A stretch of DNA of 64,000 nucleotides from assembly GCA_950097015.1 (NCBI GenBank), contig CATNEN010000038.1:16864001-16928000 (forward strand). The letters are read 5' to 3'. The notes beneath the pieces are model-generated. The model was not told the origin of the DNA. It saw nothing but the letters and a program-made list of their open reading frames with translations, and searched no databases. Source of the DNA: Macrostomum hystrix. Taxonomy: Eukaryota > Animalia > Platyhelminthes. Position numbers and translations under genes: made by a program. This document shows positions 51,490-64,000 of this stretch, piece after piece; position 1 is the stretch's first letter, and every line of letters starts with the position of its first letter.

Positions 51490-52245
51490 TCTATTACACC
51501 CAATCCAATCGACTCTATCCATTTCAATCCACTCTATCCAATCCAATCCACTTTATCAATCCAATCCACTCTATCCAATCCAATCCACTCTATCCAATCC
51601 AATCCACTCTATCCATTTTAATCCACTCTATCCAATCCAATCCACTCTATTTTATCCAATCCACTATATTCTACCCAATCCACTCTATTCTACCCAATCC
51701 ACTCTATTCTAGCCAATCCACTCTATCAAATCCGATCCACTCTATTCTACCCAATCCACTCTATTCTACCCAATCCACTCTATTCTACCCAATCCACTCT
51801 ATTCTACCCAATCCACTCTATTCTACCCAATCCACTCTATTCTACCCAATCCACTCTATTCTACCCAATCCACTCTATTCTACCCAATCCACTCTATTCT
51901 ACCCAATCCACTCTATTCTACCCAATCCACTCTATTCTACCCAATCCACTCTATCAAATCCGATCCACTCTATTCTACCCAATCCACTCTATTCTACCCA
52001 ATCCACTCTATTCTAGCCAATCCACTCTATCAAATCCGATCCACTCTATTCTACCCAATCCACTCTATTCTACCCAATCCACTCTATTCTACCCAATCCA
52101 CTCTATTCTAGCCAATCCACTCTATCAAATCCGATCCACTCTATTCTACCCAATCCACTCTATTCTACCCAATCCACTCTATTCTACCCAATCCACTCTA
52201 TTCTACCCAATCCACTCTATCAAATCCGATCCACTCTATCCAATC
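51490..52245. repeat. 19-bp minisatellite downstream of THNSL2
   Basis: CTATTCTACCCAATCCACT. Confidence 0.92.
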
Positions 52246-53304
52246 ACATTTATCAAATCGATAACCTTTGTCAAATTTCTAGCCGCTTTTGTTAGTCGGG
52301 CTCGATGAAACTACCTGCCCTGGCTTACTTTCAGACCAAATTAACTGCTTTGATACTCGAAATCGATTCGGGGAAAAATTATTTCAAAAGCTTGCGTGCT
52401 TGATGCTTTTTGGCTACAGTGTTTTAGCGACAATTTTTTTTAGTCCGGTTTTTGTCTGTGGCACAGCAACCAATGTCTAGTGAGATTGATTTCTATGAAA
52501 AAAAACTTTTTGTCAATTTTGAGATCATCAATCAGCCATCGGAGAGAAGTCATAAAACTATTACCGCCTTAAATCAGACTCTAACGCGAATACCTTCATA
52601 GTATTTTAATTTAATTAAGCAGTAACGCCTTTCCAAATCGCTTATTTAAATCATGCAGATTCTGTAGGCTATTTGCGGTGGTGTTTTTACCAATTCATTT
52701 GGTCAGTTTCTTCAAAATTACTCATGTTTATCTTCATATATCGACTTTAGATTTGAATCGTTGTTTATCGAATTTACAAATTAGTTCAACTATTTTCTGA
52801 TCGATTCAAATCGGCGACATATTTTTTATTGAAGAACGAGCTACTGCTTGTGTTGCCATTGTGCTTTTTGTGCAATATGAATATTATGAATAGATTTTTA
52901 TCTGGACTTAAATATTTATAAATAAATTAACCTTTATTGCCTTAGTGCAATATTATGATTTTAATGTCTCCATTTAACCTTTTATCCTTACCATACAATT
53001 GATTTGCCGTCTTTGAAAATATTTTCCTTTCATTTTAAGCATCTGATTCATGCTAGCACTTGAAGTCTAGGGAAGCAAATATTATTATGGCAGACTGTCG
53101 ATTGCAGCCATAGACTAAGATTAATTGATTTATTCTACATTTAAATATGCACTTGCATCCCCAACGAGGCTAAGTACATAAATTTCTGGCTTGGGGGTTT
53201 GTCGAGTAATTTACCAACTTAGTTTACCTCAGACAGCGAGGGTAGTGTACGCTGCCTGGCAATGGCAGGCTTTTTTACTACGCTTTCTTAAGAATTCATT
53301 TTTT

Positions 53305-53565
53305 GTTGGCTGTCGAATTCTATTGGCTGTCGAATACTATTGGCTCTTGAATTCTGTTGGTTGTCGAATTCTATTGGCTGTCGAATACTATTGGCTCTTG
53401 AATTCTGTTGGTTGTCGAATACTATTGGCTGTCGAATACTATTGGCTCTTGAATTCTGTTGGTTGTCGAATTCTATTGGCTCTCAAATTCTATTGGCTCT
53501 TGATTTCTATTGGCTCTTGAATTCTATTGGCTCCTGAATTATATTGGTTGTCGAATTCTATTAGC
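53305..53565. repeat. 17-bp minisatellite
   Basis: GGCTGTCGAATTCTATT and variants, 51-bp trimer. Confidence 0.85.
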
Positions 53566-54512
53566 TGTAGAAAAAGAAAAGGCTGCTGTAAATTGTTTTC
53601 TATTGGATGCAGAATTAACTGTGCTTTATTGCAAATGGGATCACATATAAAGATTTTTAAGTCTAGCTTGGAGGCTAAGTTGTTAGTCTTTCATTTGTCA
53701 GTGCCATGGTTCGAAACTGTTTGATATGGAAAAGTAAAAACACAGATTTCGCATATCGCACAAATTCTGTTAGCTTTGATTTGCGTCCATTATTGACTCG
53801 TATATTTGAGCAAATGGAATGGTTTTATCGTTTAACAATCCAAAATGTTTTTGCTTTGCACGAAATCAATTTTAGATCCGAAACCCACATCAGTTGTGAG
53901 GGTCTAATAGTAGTATGAATGGTAGATTTTATATAAATACGTAAATGTACGTAAAAAACTGACTGCACGAAGGCTTAAAATATTTTTTTTATCTAAATTG
54001 GTTGATAGATAAAACCGATGCTTCAATTCTTCGCTTATCTTAAATTAATATAACTAGACAATTTATATTCGGAGAAACATGATAAAAAAGGCCGTCAAAC
54101 AAGTCACGTGACAGGCCATGGCCAATCAAAAATGCTTCTCATGCGTTTGATGAATTTTTGGTGTATTTCAAGTGAAAAAAAAACAACTTCATGTGCTTTC
54201 ATATAATATTCTCTGTTTTATGAGCGAAACGAAATGTTACCAAAGATATTTGTGTAAGCACTACACTAAAGCCAAAAAAATAATTTAATAACTACTTTAA
54301 GTAGCAAAAATGTACTTCAAATAGCAACCGCGATATCTGGGATGTGACGTACAGGGCATATGATTATAGTATTTTCTAACTCTTTAGGATGATTGTTAAA
54401 CTGACAAATAAGTATTTTGCTGTACTATTTATATGTTACATAAGTTAATTATTTCAAATCAAATTTATAAAGTTCCAATATGAAGATCCAATATTGTTAA
54501 TCATCTTTAACA

Positions 54513-57500
54513 TCAGTTGCAGTCGCGTTTGATAGTGGGCATGCGGTTCTGCGTGTTCAGATGGGTCAGCCTCTCTTTATTGTCGCGCAAACTGGGCGCC
54601 TGCATGAATATTCCTAGCGCGCCTGTGATTGGTTAGGACAGAATATGACTGGTTGCTTCTGATTGGTTGGCTTGCTTTATTGGCCGTAAGAAAATTGTAG
54701 ATTAAAACTCAACTAACCAATGATTGCAGCACAGCTAAATAGCCACATGAACAGCCGGTCCAGCACTACCGCTACGTACTTCCAATCGTCCCGAATCTAA
54801 AAAACAAACCAAATTAGTCTTTAAAGACTTCTCACATTTAATCCGCGATTTCATTGAATAGGCATTTAAAGCATGATCTAAAGAAATCTGTAATTTCCCG
54901 TGTTCTCTATTGAGTGTCATCTGTCACTTCTGTGTTCTCTATTGAGTGTCATCTGTCACTTCTGTGTTCTCTATTGAGAGTCATCTGTCACTTCTGTGTT
55001 CTCTATTGGGTGTCATCTGTCACTTCTGTGTTCTCTATTGGGTGTCATCTGTCACTTCTGTGTTCTCTATTGAGAGTCATCTGTCACTTCTGTGTTCTCT
55101 ATTGAGAGTCATCTGTCACTTCTGTGTTCTCTATTGGGTGTCATCTGTCACTTCTGTGTTCTCTATTGGGTGTCATCTGTCACTTCTGTGTTCTCTATTG
55201 AGTGTCATCTGTCACTTCTGTGTTCTCTATTGAGAGTCATCTGTCACTTCTGTGTTCTCTATTGGGTGTCATCTGTCACTTCTGTGTTCTCTTTTGAGTG
55301 TCATCTGTCACTTCTGCGTTCTCTTTTGGGTGCCATCTGTCACTTCTGTGTTCTCTACTGAGTGTCATCTGTCACTTCTGTGTTCTCTATTGAGTGTCAT
55401 CTGTCACTTCTGTGTTCTCTTTTGAGTGTCATCTGTCACTTCTGTGTTCTCTTTTGAGTGTCATCTGTCACTTCTGTGTTCTCTATTGAGTGTCATCTGT
55501 CACTTCTGTGTTCTCTATTGAGTGTCATCTGTCACTTCTGTGTTCTCTATTGAGTGTCATCTGTCACTTCTGTGTTCTCTACTGAGAGTCATCTGTCACT
55601 TCTGTGTTCTCTACTGAGAGTCATCTGTCACTTCTGTGTTCTCTATTGAGAGTCATCTGTCACTTCTGTGTTCTCTATTGAGAGTCATCTGTCACTTCTG
55701 TGTTCTCTACTGAGAGTCATCTGTCACTTCTGTGTTCTCTATTGAGAGTCATCTGTCACTTCTGTGTTCTCTATTGAGAGTCATCTGTCACTTCTGTGTT
55801 CTCTATTGAGAGTCATCTGTCACTTCTGTGTTCTCTACTGAGAGTCATCTGTCACTTCTGTGTTCTCTACTGAGAGTCATCTGTCACTTCTGTGTTCTCT
55901 ACTGAGAGTCATCTGTCACTTCTGTGTTCTCTACCGAGAGTCATCTGTCACTTCTGTGTTCTCTTTTGGGTGTCATCTGTCACTTCTGTGTTCTCTACTG
56001 AGAGTCATCTGTCACTTCTGTGTTCTCTTTTGAGTGTCATCTGTCACTTCTGTGTTCTCTATTGAGTGTCATCTGTCACTTCTGTGTTCTCTATTGAGTG
56101 TCATCTGTCACTTCTGTGTTCTCTATTGAGTGTCATCTGTCACTTCTGTGTTCTCTACTGAGAGTCATCTGTCACTTCTGTGTTCTCTACTGAGAGTCAT
56201 CTGTCACTTCTGTGTTCTCTACTGAGAGTCATCTGTCACTTCTGTGTTCTCTACTGAGTGTCATCTGTCACTTCTGTGTTCTCTATTGAGAGTCATCTGT
56301 CACTTCTGTGTTCTCTACTGAGAGTCATCTGTCACTTCTGTGTTCTCTATTGAGAGTCATCTGTCACTTCTGTGTTCTCTATTGAGAGTCATCTGTCACT
56401 TCTGTGTTCTCTACTGAGAGTCATCTGTCACTTCTGTGTTCTCTATTGAGAGTCATCTGTCACTTCTGTGTTCTCTATTGAGAGTCATCTGTCACTTCTG
56501 TGTTCTCTATTGAGAGTCATCTGTCACTTCTGTGTTCTCTACTGAGAGTCATCTGTCACTTCTGTGTTCTCTACTGAGAGTCATCTGTCACTTCTGTGTT
56601 CTCTACTGAGAGTCATCTGTCACTTCTGTGTTCTCTACCGAGAGTCATCTGTCACTTCTGTGTTCTCTTTTGGGTGTCATCTGTCACTTCTGTGTTCTCT
56701 ACTGAGAGTCATCTGTCACTTCTGTGTTCTCTATTGAGAGTCATCTGTCACTTCTGTGTTCTCTACTGAGAGTCATCTGTCACTTCTGTGTTCTCTATTG
56801 AGAGTCATCTGTCACTTCTGTGTTCTCTATTGAGAGTCATCTGTCACTTCTGTGTTCTCTACTGAGAGTCATCTGTCACTTCTGTGTTCTCTACTGAGAG
56901 TCATCTGTCACTTCTGTGTTCTCTATTGAGTGTCATCTGTCACTTCTGTGTTCTCTACTGAGAGTCATCTGTCACTTCTGTGTTCTCTACTGAGAGTCAT
57001 CTGTCACTTCTGTGTTCTCTATTGAGAGTCATCTGTCACTTCTGTGTTCTCTATTGAGAGTCATCTGTCACTTCTGTGTTCTCTACTGAGAGTCATCTGT
57101 CACTTCTGTGTTCTCTATTGAGAGTCATCTGTCACTTCTGTGTTCTCTATTGAGAGTCATCTGTCACTTCTGTGTTCTCTATTGAGAGTCATCTGTCACT
57201 TCTGTGTTCTCTACTGAGAGTCATCTGTCACTTCTGTGTTCTCTACTGAGAGTCATCTGTCACTTCTGTGTTCTCTACTGAGAGTCATCTGTCACTTCTG
57301 TGTTCTCTACCGAGAGTCATCTGTCACTTCTGTGTTCTCTTTTGGGTGTCATCTGTCACTTCTGTGTTCTCTACTGAGAGTCATCTGTCACTTCTGTGTT
57401 CTCTTTTGAGTGTCATCTGTCACTTCTGTGTTCTCTATTGAGTGTCATCTGTCACTTCTGTGTTCTCTATTGAGTGTCATCTGTCACTTCTGTGTTCTCT

Positions 57501-60500
57501 ATTGAGTGTCATCTGTCACTTCTGTGTTCTCTACTGAGAGTCATCTGTCACTTCTGTGTTCTCTACTGAGAGTCATCTGTCACTTCTGTGTTCTCTACTG
57601 AGAGTCATCTGTCACTTCTGTGTTCTCTACTGAGTGTCATCTGTCACTTCTGTGTTCTCTATTGAGAGTCATCTGTCACTTCTGTGTTCTCTACTGAGAG
57701 TCATCTGTCACTTCTGTGTTCTCTATTGAGAGTCATCTGTCACTTCTGTGTTCTCTATTGAGAGTCATCTGTCACTTCTGTGTTCTCTACTGAGAGTCAT
57801 CTGTCACTTCTGTGTTCTCTATTGAGAGTCATCTGTCACTTCTGTGTTCTCTATTGAGAGTCATCTGTCACTTCTGTGTTCTCTATTGAGAGTCATCTGT
57901 CACTTCTGTGTTCTCTACTGAGAGTCATCTGTCACTTCTGTGTTCTCTACTGAGAGTCATCTGTCACTTCTGTGTTCTCTACTGAGAGTCATCTGTCACT
58001 TCTGTGTTCTCTACCGAGAGTCATCTGTCACTTCTGTGTTCTCTTTTGGGTGTCATCTGTCACTTCTGTGTTCTCTACTGAGAGTCATCTGTCACTTCTG
58101 TGTTCTCTATTGAGAGTCATCTGTCACTTCTGTGTTCTCTACTGAGAGTCATCTGTCACTTCTGTGTTCTCTATTGAGAGTCATCTGTCACTTCTGTGTT
58201 CTCTATTGAGAGTCATCTGTCACTTCTGTGTTCTCTATTGAGAGTCATCTGTCACTTCTGTGTTCTCTACTGAGAGTCATCTGTCACTTCTGTGTTCTCT
58301 ATTGAGAGTCATCTGTCACTTCTGTGTTCTCTATTGAGAGTCATCTGTCACTTCTGTGTTCTCTATTGAGAGTCATCTGTCACTTCTGTGTTCTCTACTG
58401 AGAGTCATCTGTCACTTCTGTGTTCTCTACTGAGAGTCATCTGTCACTTCTGTGTTCTCTACTGAGAGTCATCTGTCACTTCTGTGTTCTCTACCGAGAG
58501 TCATCTGTCACTTCTGTGTTCTCTTTTGGGTGTCATCTGTCACTTCTGTGTTCTCTACTGAGAGTCATCTGTCACTTCTGTGTTCTCTATTGAGAGTCAT
58601 CTGTCACTTCTGTGTTCTCTACTGAGAGTCATCTGTCACTTCTGTGTTCTCTATTGAGAGTCATCTGTCACTTCTGTGTTCTCTATTGAGAGTCATCTGT
58701 CACTTCTGTGTTCTCTACTGAGAGTCATCTGTCACTTCTGTGTTCTCTACTGAGAGTCATCTGTCACTTCTGTGTTCTCTACTGAGAGTCATCTGTCACT
58801 TCTGTGTTCTCTACCGAGAGTCATCTGTCACTTCTGTGTTCTCTACTGAGAGTCATCTGTCACTACTGTGTTCTCTACTGAGAGTCATATCTCAAGCTCT
58901 CAACTGTTCCCAGTTCGCACCGTGTTTCTCTCGTCCTCCTTCTTCATGTGTCCGGCTATATTCCTGACTCCCTCCAGCGCCAGCTCGATCTCGTTGATGA
59001 CGCCAGACGAGCCGGTCATTGCGGTCCGCCTGCTCCGCAGCCGCTGGCGCATGACCTCCTGGCCAAGGTCATCGTCTGCCTCGCCGGATGCTGCATCGCC
59101 GGATGCTGAGAAGTTGAACAGCCTCTCGCTGTCGTCTCCGCCAAAATTCGGAATCACCTTTGTGATCGGGTTTCAGTGTTGAATATTGCTTCGATGAGAG
59201 TCTGTGTTCTCTACTGAGAGAGAGTTCTCTACTGTCCTAACCAGGTCTAAGATTCGAACTCCCGACCTCTTTCGTTAAATTTTCCATTTAAATAAGCGAG
59301 GGGGTGAGTGGCAGAGCGTTTAACGAGTTTGCCTCTCGCCCAAGGTCCCTGAACTCAATTCCAAATTGTGCACTTTTCTCACCTCCTCCTTCCGTCGCTC
59401 AGTCTCCGGCTTCTTCATCAGCAGCAGCTTGGGCAGTGTACGCATGAACACCTGACGCACCCAGGGCGACATGACGTAGGTGTCAGGCGATCGCCAGTGT
59501 ACATTCAGCACAATGACCGTGGCCATGACCGACAGAGTGACTAGGATCATTGTGAACAGCAAGTACTTGAGGATCAGCGGCACCACCAGGGAGGTCGGCG
59601 GACAGATGTCGAAGATGAGCAGGAAGAACACGGTTAGTGACAGCAGGATGTTGATTGACAGGGACATCTTCTCGCCGGATTCTCCAGGCAGGTAAAACAC
59701 GAGGATAGTCAGGAAGCTGATTGCTAGGCAGGGGCAGATGAGGTTGATGCCATAGAACAGGGTCTTGCGGCGAATAATGAGGCAGAATGTGAGATCGAGG
59801 TACGGTTCCGGGCAGCACTTGTAGGTCTCGATATTTCTCTTTGCAGTCACCTCTGTGAATGCGAGGGCCAGGTGAGATACTTTCACTGTGCTGTCATCTC
59901 ACCCACTGTGTTATCATCCCACCCACTGTGTTATCATCTCACCCACTGTGTTATCATCTCACCCACTGTGCTATCATCTCACCCACTGTGTTATCATCTC
60001 ACCCACTGTGTTATCATCTCACCCACTGTGTTATCATCTCACCCACTGTGTTATCATCTCACCCACAGTGTTATCATCTCACCCACTGTGTTATCATCTC
60101 ACCCACTGTGTTATCATCTCACCCACAGTGTTATCATCTCACCCACTGTGTTATCATCTCACCCACTGTGTTATCATCTCACCCACAGTGTTATCATCTC
60201 ACCCACTGTGTTATCATCCCACCCACTGTGTTATCATCTCACCCACTGTGTTATCATCCCACCCACTGTGTTATCATCTCACACACTGTGTTATCATCTC
60301 ACCCACTGTGTTATCATCTCACCCACTGTGTTATCATTTCATTCGTATGTCATCCAATGAAATTTGCAGGGCCTAATGAAGGAAGCTGATGACAGCTTAT
60401 CGGTGATTTACTGGTCGAGTCATCTCCTGCTCTCAAAATAGCAACTAAGCGAGTGGCAAGCATTTCAACACTGAATTCTGGTTAAGCAGTAAATGTGCAG

Positions 60501-62547
60501 GTCATGCTTAGGAGGATTAACATTCGAGTCTGGTCCATGGCGTTCGATTCGTGATAATCCGAACAAGGAAGCTTTAGCAGTGAGCACTCTAGTTCTGAGC
60601 ACACTCCCTGAAAAAAACTGAGAGCCAGGTGTGTCAAGCCTAGATTGAGCTTGGGGCCGATATTTAGCCGGAGGGAAGAGAAGGCTAGAAAAAACGAATG
60701 TTATTATTTCAGTACTCGGACAACTTCATCAGGCCGCCCCAGCGAAGGCACGTTCGATAATCGACATCGATTCCTTAGGGGGCGGGTCAGTATTGATTGT
60801 CAATGTGCTGGAACCCTCACTGACTGCTGCTGCTGCGAGAAGCAGATTCGCTCTGTCCGCCTTAAATCTGCTCTTTTTCCTAGAAAGCCTGTTTACCCAT
60901 GGATTCTAAGTGCTTGAGCCATTGCTTGGGATTAGCTATAGTAAAGGTCTAGAAATATTTGAGACTTTAGATGTCCATCTTAGTGCTGTGAAGGAACAGA
61001 AAGGATTGCTAGTCTAGCCCGTAGGCTGACGAATAAAATGGATTGCTAGTCTAGCCCGTTAGTGAAGGAATGGAATGGATTGCTAGTCTAGCCCGTTAGT
61101 GAAGGAATGGAATGGATTGCTAGTCTAGCCCGTTAGTGAAGGAATGGAATGGATTGCTAGTCTAGCCCGTTAGTGAAGGAATGGAATTGATTGCTAGTCT
61201 AGCCCGTTAGTGAAGGAATGGAATGGATTGCTAGTCTAGCCCGTTAGTGAAGGAATGGAATGGATTGCTAGTCTAGCCCGTAGGTTAAAGAATAGAATGG
61301 ATTGCTAGTCTAGCCCGTAGGTTAAAGAATAGAATGGATTGCTAGTCTAGCCCGTTAGTGAAGGAATGGAATGGATTGCTAGTCTAGCCCGTGGGTTAAA
61401 GAATAGAATGGATTGCTAGTCTAGCCCGTAGGTTAAAGAATAGAATGGATTGCTAGTCTAGCCCGTTAGTGATGGAATGGAATGGATTGCTAGTCTAGCC
61501 CGTGGGTTAAAGAATAGAATGGATTGCTAGTCTAGCCCGTGGGTTAAAGAATAGAATGGATTGCTAGTCTAGCCCGTGGGTTAAAGAATAGGATGGATTG
61601 CTAGTCTAGCCCGTGGGTTAAAGAATAGAATGGATTGCTAGTCTAGCCCGTTAGTGAAGGAATAGAATGGATTGCTAGTCTAGCCCGTGGGTTAAAGAAT
61701 AGAATGGATTGCTAGTCTAGCCCGTAGGTTAAAGAATATAATGGATTGCTAGTCTAGCCTATAGATAAGCGTTGCAAAAGTAAATTTTAAAGACTAAACT
61801 AAAAGCAGTTGATAGACAAGCTATTCTCAAAGTTCAGTAGCAGAAAATCGTTCAAGCAAAAAGAGACGAAAATTTCTGAGAGCTGGCAAAGGCTTTGATC
61901 TCGATCGCTTCACTCGCCCGGATCTGATGAGTCAGTCTCAATATATCTGAGTTCCCGTGGCCCCCTGTCAGACCCAGTCCGAAAAAAAACACAGAAATCA
62001 ATCTGCAACGGCAGCAGCAGCGGAGACTTTTCAATTTAGCCAGGCAACAAGACCGACCGAGAGACAGAAGCTTGGGATAAAACTCCCGTCTTCCTATCTT
62101 AGTTCCTCTCTCTCTCTCTCTTGTTCCCTCATTCTTGTTTGCCGAATTCTCGCCTGCATGGATCCTCTTTCATCGACCACTTGTCTCCAGGGGTGGGTGT
62201 TGGGCAGGCGGCCTGTCGTGGACTCACCCAGGATGTCCCACTCGACATTGTCGACAAACTGGCTCAAATCGATCGCGTAGTCGATGTAGGCCCGACAGTC
62301 GTCGAAGCTCTGACGCCCGTTCCTGTCGGCTTCCTCCTTCTGTGCGACGTGGCGCAGGTCGATCAGGTAGCCATTGTGAGTCCAGGTGCCCAGTTTCAGG
62401 GTGCAGTTCTGAGTGTCGAACGGAAAGAATTCAACGTTGATTTCGCACTGGCTTTTGAAGATGATCGGCGGCCGCCACAGAATGGTGCCGTCGTTCAGCA
62501 CGTTGACTTTGTTGGCCGAGCTGCCGAGGTCCCAGTCACCGCCGGCG
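54513..62547 (-). CDS. Nicotinic acetylcholine receptor alpha subunit, 5'-partial; exons 62547-62228, 59852-59383, 59157-58921, 54796-54718, 54622-54513
   Basis: Cys-loop [15 protein letters not shown], loop C YKCCPEPY (vicinal Cys = alpha), RRKTLFY..NL, GEKMSL TM2, [11 protein letters not shown] helix, [18 protein letters not shown]4; 5' exons lie beyond the window. Confidence 0.95.
54899..58888. repeat. 32-bp minisatellite, ~4 kb, nAChR intron
   Basis: GTGTTCTCTATTGAGAGTCATCTGTCACTTCT. Confidence 0.97.
59299..59373 (+). mobile_element. SINE family A 5' fragment
   Basis: gggggtgagtggcagagcg..tttgcctctcgccaaggtccct. Confidence 0.7.
59885..60337. repeat. 20-bp intronic minisatellite
   Basis: ACCCACTGTGTTATCATCTC. 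Confidence 0.95.
61003..61760. repeat. 37-bp intronic minisatellite
   Basis: GGATTGCTAGTCTAGCCCGTTAGTGAAGGAATGGAAT. Confidence 0.93.
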
Positions 62548-62553
62548 CTGAAA

Positions 62554-63810
62554 GTGTGACGTAGAACAATGGGATTTGGGATTGACTGAGAATAGAAAGA
62601 ATGGGATTTTGGATTGACTGAGAATAGAAAGAATGGGATTTGGGATTGACTGAGAATGGGAAGAATGGGATTTGGGATTCTCTGTGAATAGAAAGAATGG
62701 GATTTTGGATTGACTGAGAATAGAAAGAATGGGATTTTGGATTGACTGAGAATAGAAAGAATGGGATTTGGGATTGACTGAGAATGGGAAGAATGGGATT
62801 TGGGATTGACTGTGAATAGAAAGAATTGGATTTGGGATTGACTGAGAATGGGAAGAATGGGATTTTGTATTGACTGAGAATAGAAAGAATGGGATTTGGG
62901 ATTCTCTGTGAATAGAAAGAATGGGATTTGGGATTGACTGAGAATGGGAAGAATGGGATTTGGGATTCTCTGTGAATAGAAAGAATGGGATTTTGGATTG
63001 ACTGAGAATAGAAAGAATGGGATTTGGGATTCTCTGTGAATAAAAAGAATGGGATTTGGGATTGACTGAGAATAGAAAGAATGGGATTTGGGATTCTCTG
63101 TGAATAGAAAGAATGGGATTTTGGATTGACGGAGAATAGAAAGAATGGGATTTGGGATTCTCTGTGAATAGAAAGAATGGGATTTAGGATTGACGGTAAA
63201 TGGGAAGAATGGGATTTGAGATTGAGTGTGACGGGGAACAATGAGATCTTTCATTGAGTGTGACGGGGAACAATGGGATCTTTCATTGAGTGTGACGGGG
63301 AACAATGGGATCTTTGATTGAGTGTGACGGGGAACAATGGGATCTTTGATTGAGTGTGACGGGGAACAATGGGATCTTTGATTGAGTGTGACGGGGAACA
63401 ATGGGATCTTTGATTGAGTGTGACGGGGAACAATGGGATCTTTGATTGAGTGTGACGGGGAACAATGGGATCTTTGATTGAGTGTGACGGGGAACAATGG
63501 GATCTTTGATTGAGTGTGACGGGGAACAATGGGATCTTTGATTGAGTGTGACGGGGAACAATGGGATCTTTGATTGAGTGTGACGGGGAACAATGGGATC
63601 TTTGATTGAGTGTGACGGGGAACAATGGGATCTTTGATTGAGTGTGACGGGGAACAATGGGATCTTTGATTGAGTGTGACGGGGAACAATGGGATCTTTG
63701 ATTGAGTGTGACGGGGAACAATGGGATCTGTGATTGAGTGTGACGGGGGAACAGTGGGATCTTTGATTGAGTGTGACAGGGGAACAATGGGATCTTTCAT
63801 TGAATGTGAC
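62554..63810. repeat. Two abutting related 32-bp minisatellites in a nAChR intron
   Basis: GAATGGGATTTGGGATTGACTGAGAATAGAAA (~62570-63220) and GAGTGTGACGGGGAACAATGGGATCTTTGATT (~63220-63810). Confidence 0.93.
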
Positions 63811-63842
63811 TGGGTAGTATTGGATCTGATAATATTCATATT

Positions 63843-64000
63843 TGCAGGAGGGCGCTGGCGCATTATTAGGAGACAGTGGGGAATTTCGGGCATTTCATCA
63901 GCCCACACCACAAGCAAACAGATACTAAATGCTGGCACACACCCACACACGTGTGAACATCTGCCCTGAATATTTCATCGTAAATCACTGTGCCTCAAGG
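63843..64000 (-). mobile_element. Diverged SINE family A 3' part (truncated by window edge)
   Basis: acacacgtgtgaacatctgccctga..cactgtgcct homology. Confidence 0.6.

Noticed and set aside
62094-63950. 618 aa ORF as a repeat-nAChR fusion protein
   Set aside because: Only 62228-62547 is exon, bounded by canonical splice sites; the rest is minisatellite read-through

Overview
Eukaryotic (animal) genomic DNA with spliceosomal introns. The compact GC-rich exons, the different minisatellite in most introns and the tRNA-derived SINEs suggest a free-living flatworm such as Macrostomum (inference). By manual exon assembly I find NIP7 (+), an uncharacterised 5-exon gene (+), GPS2 (-, with a GC-AG intron), a neuronal-calcium-sensor pseudogene fragment, a WSC+PAN/apple secreted protein with a tandem pseudogene copy, a deleted Gypsy remnant, a TNF/C1q-fold secreted protein, RUNDC1, SMN, THNSL2 (all +) and the 3' part of a nicotinic acetylcholine receptor alpha subunit (-). 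Most long ORFs in the supplied track are minisatellite artefacts. The most notable observations are: (1) sharply bounded CpG-free zones 5' of three housekeeping genes, with a SINE copy inside one showing systematic CpG->TpG/CpA decay; (2) a pair of mutually exclusive Cys/His exons in RUNDC1; (3) intronic minisatellites whose units match the intron's own branch-point/3' splice-site sequence; (4) candidate trans-spliced operons (NIP7-unknown; [RUNDC1]-SMN-THNSL2); (5) an array of CArG-box palindromes upstream of SMN.
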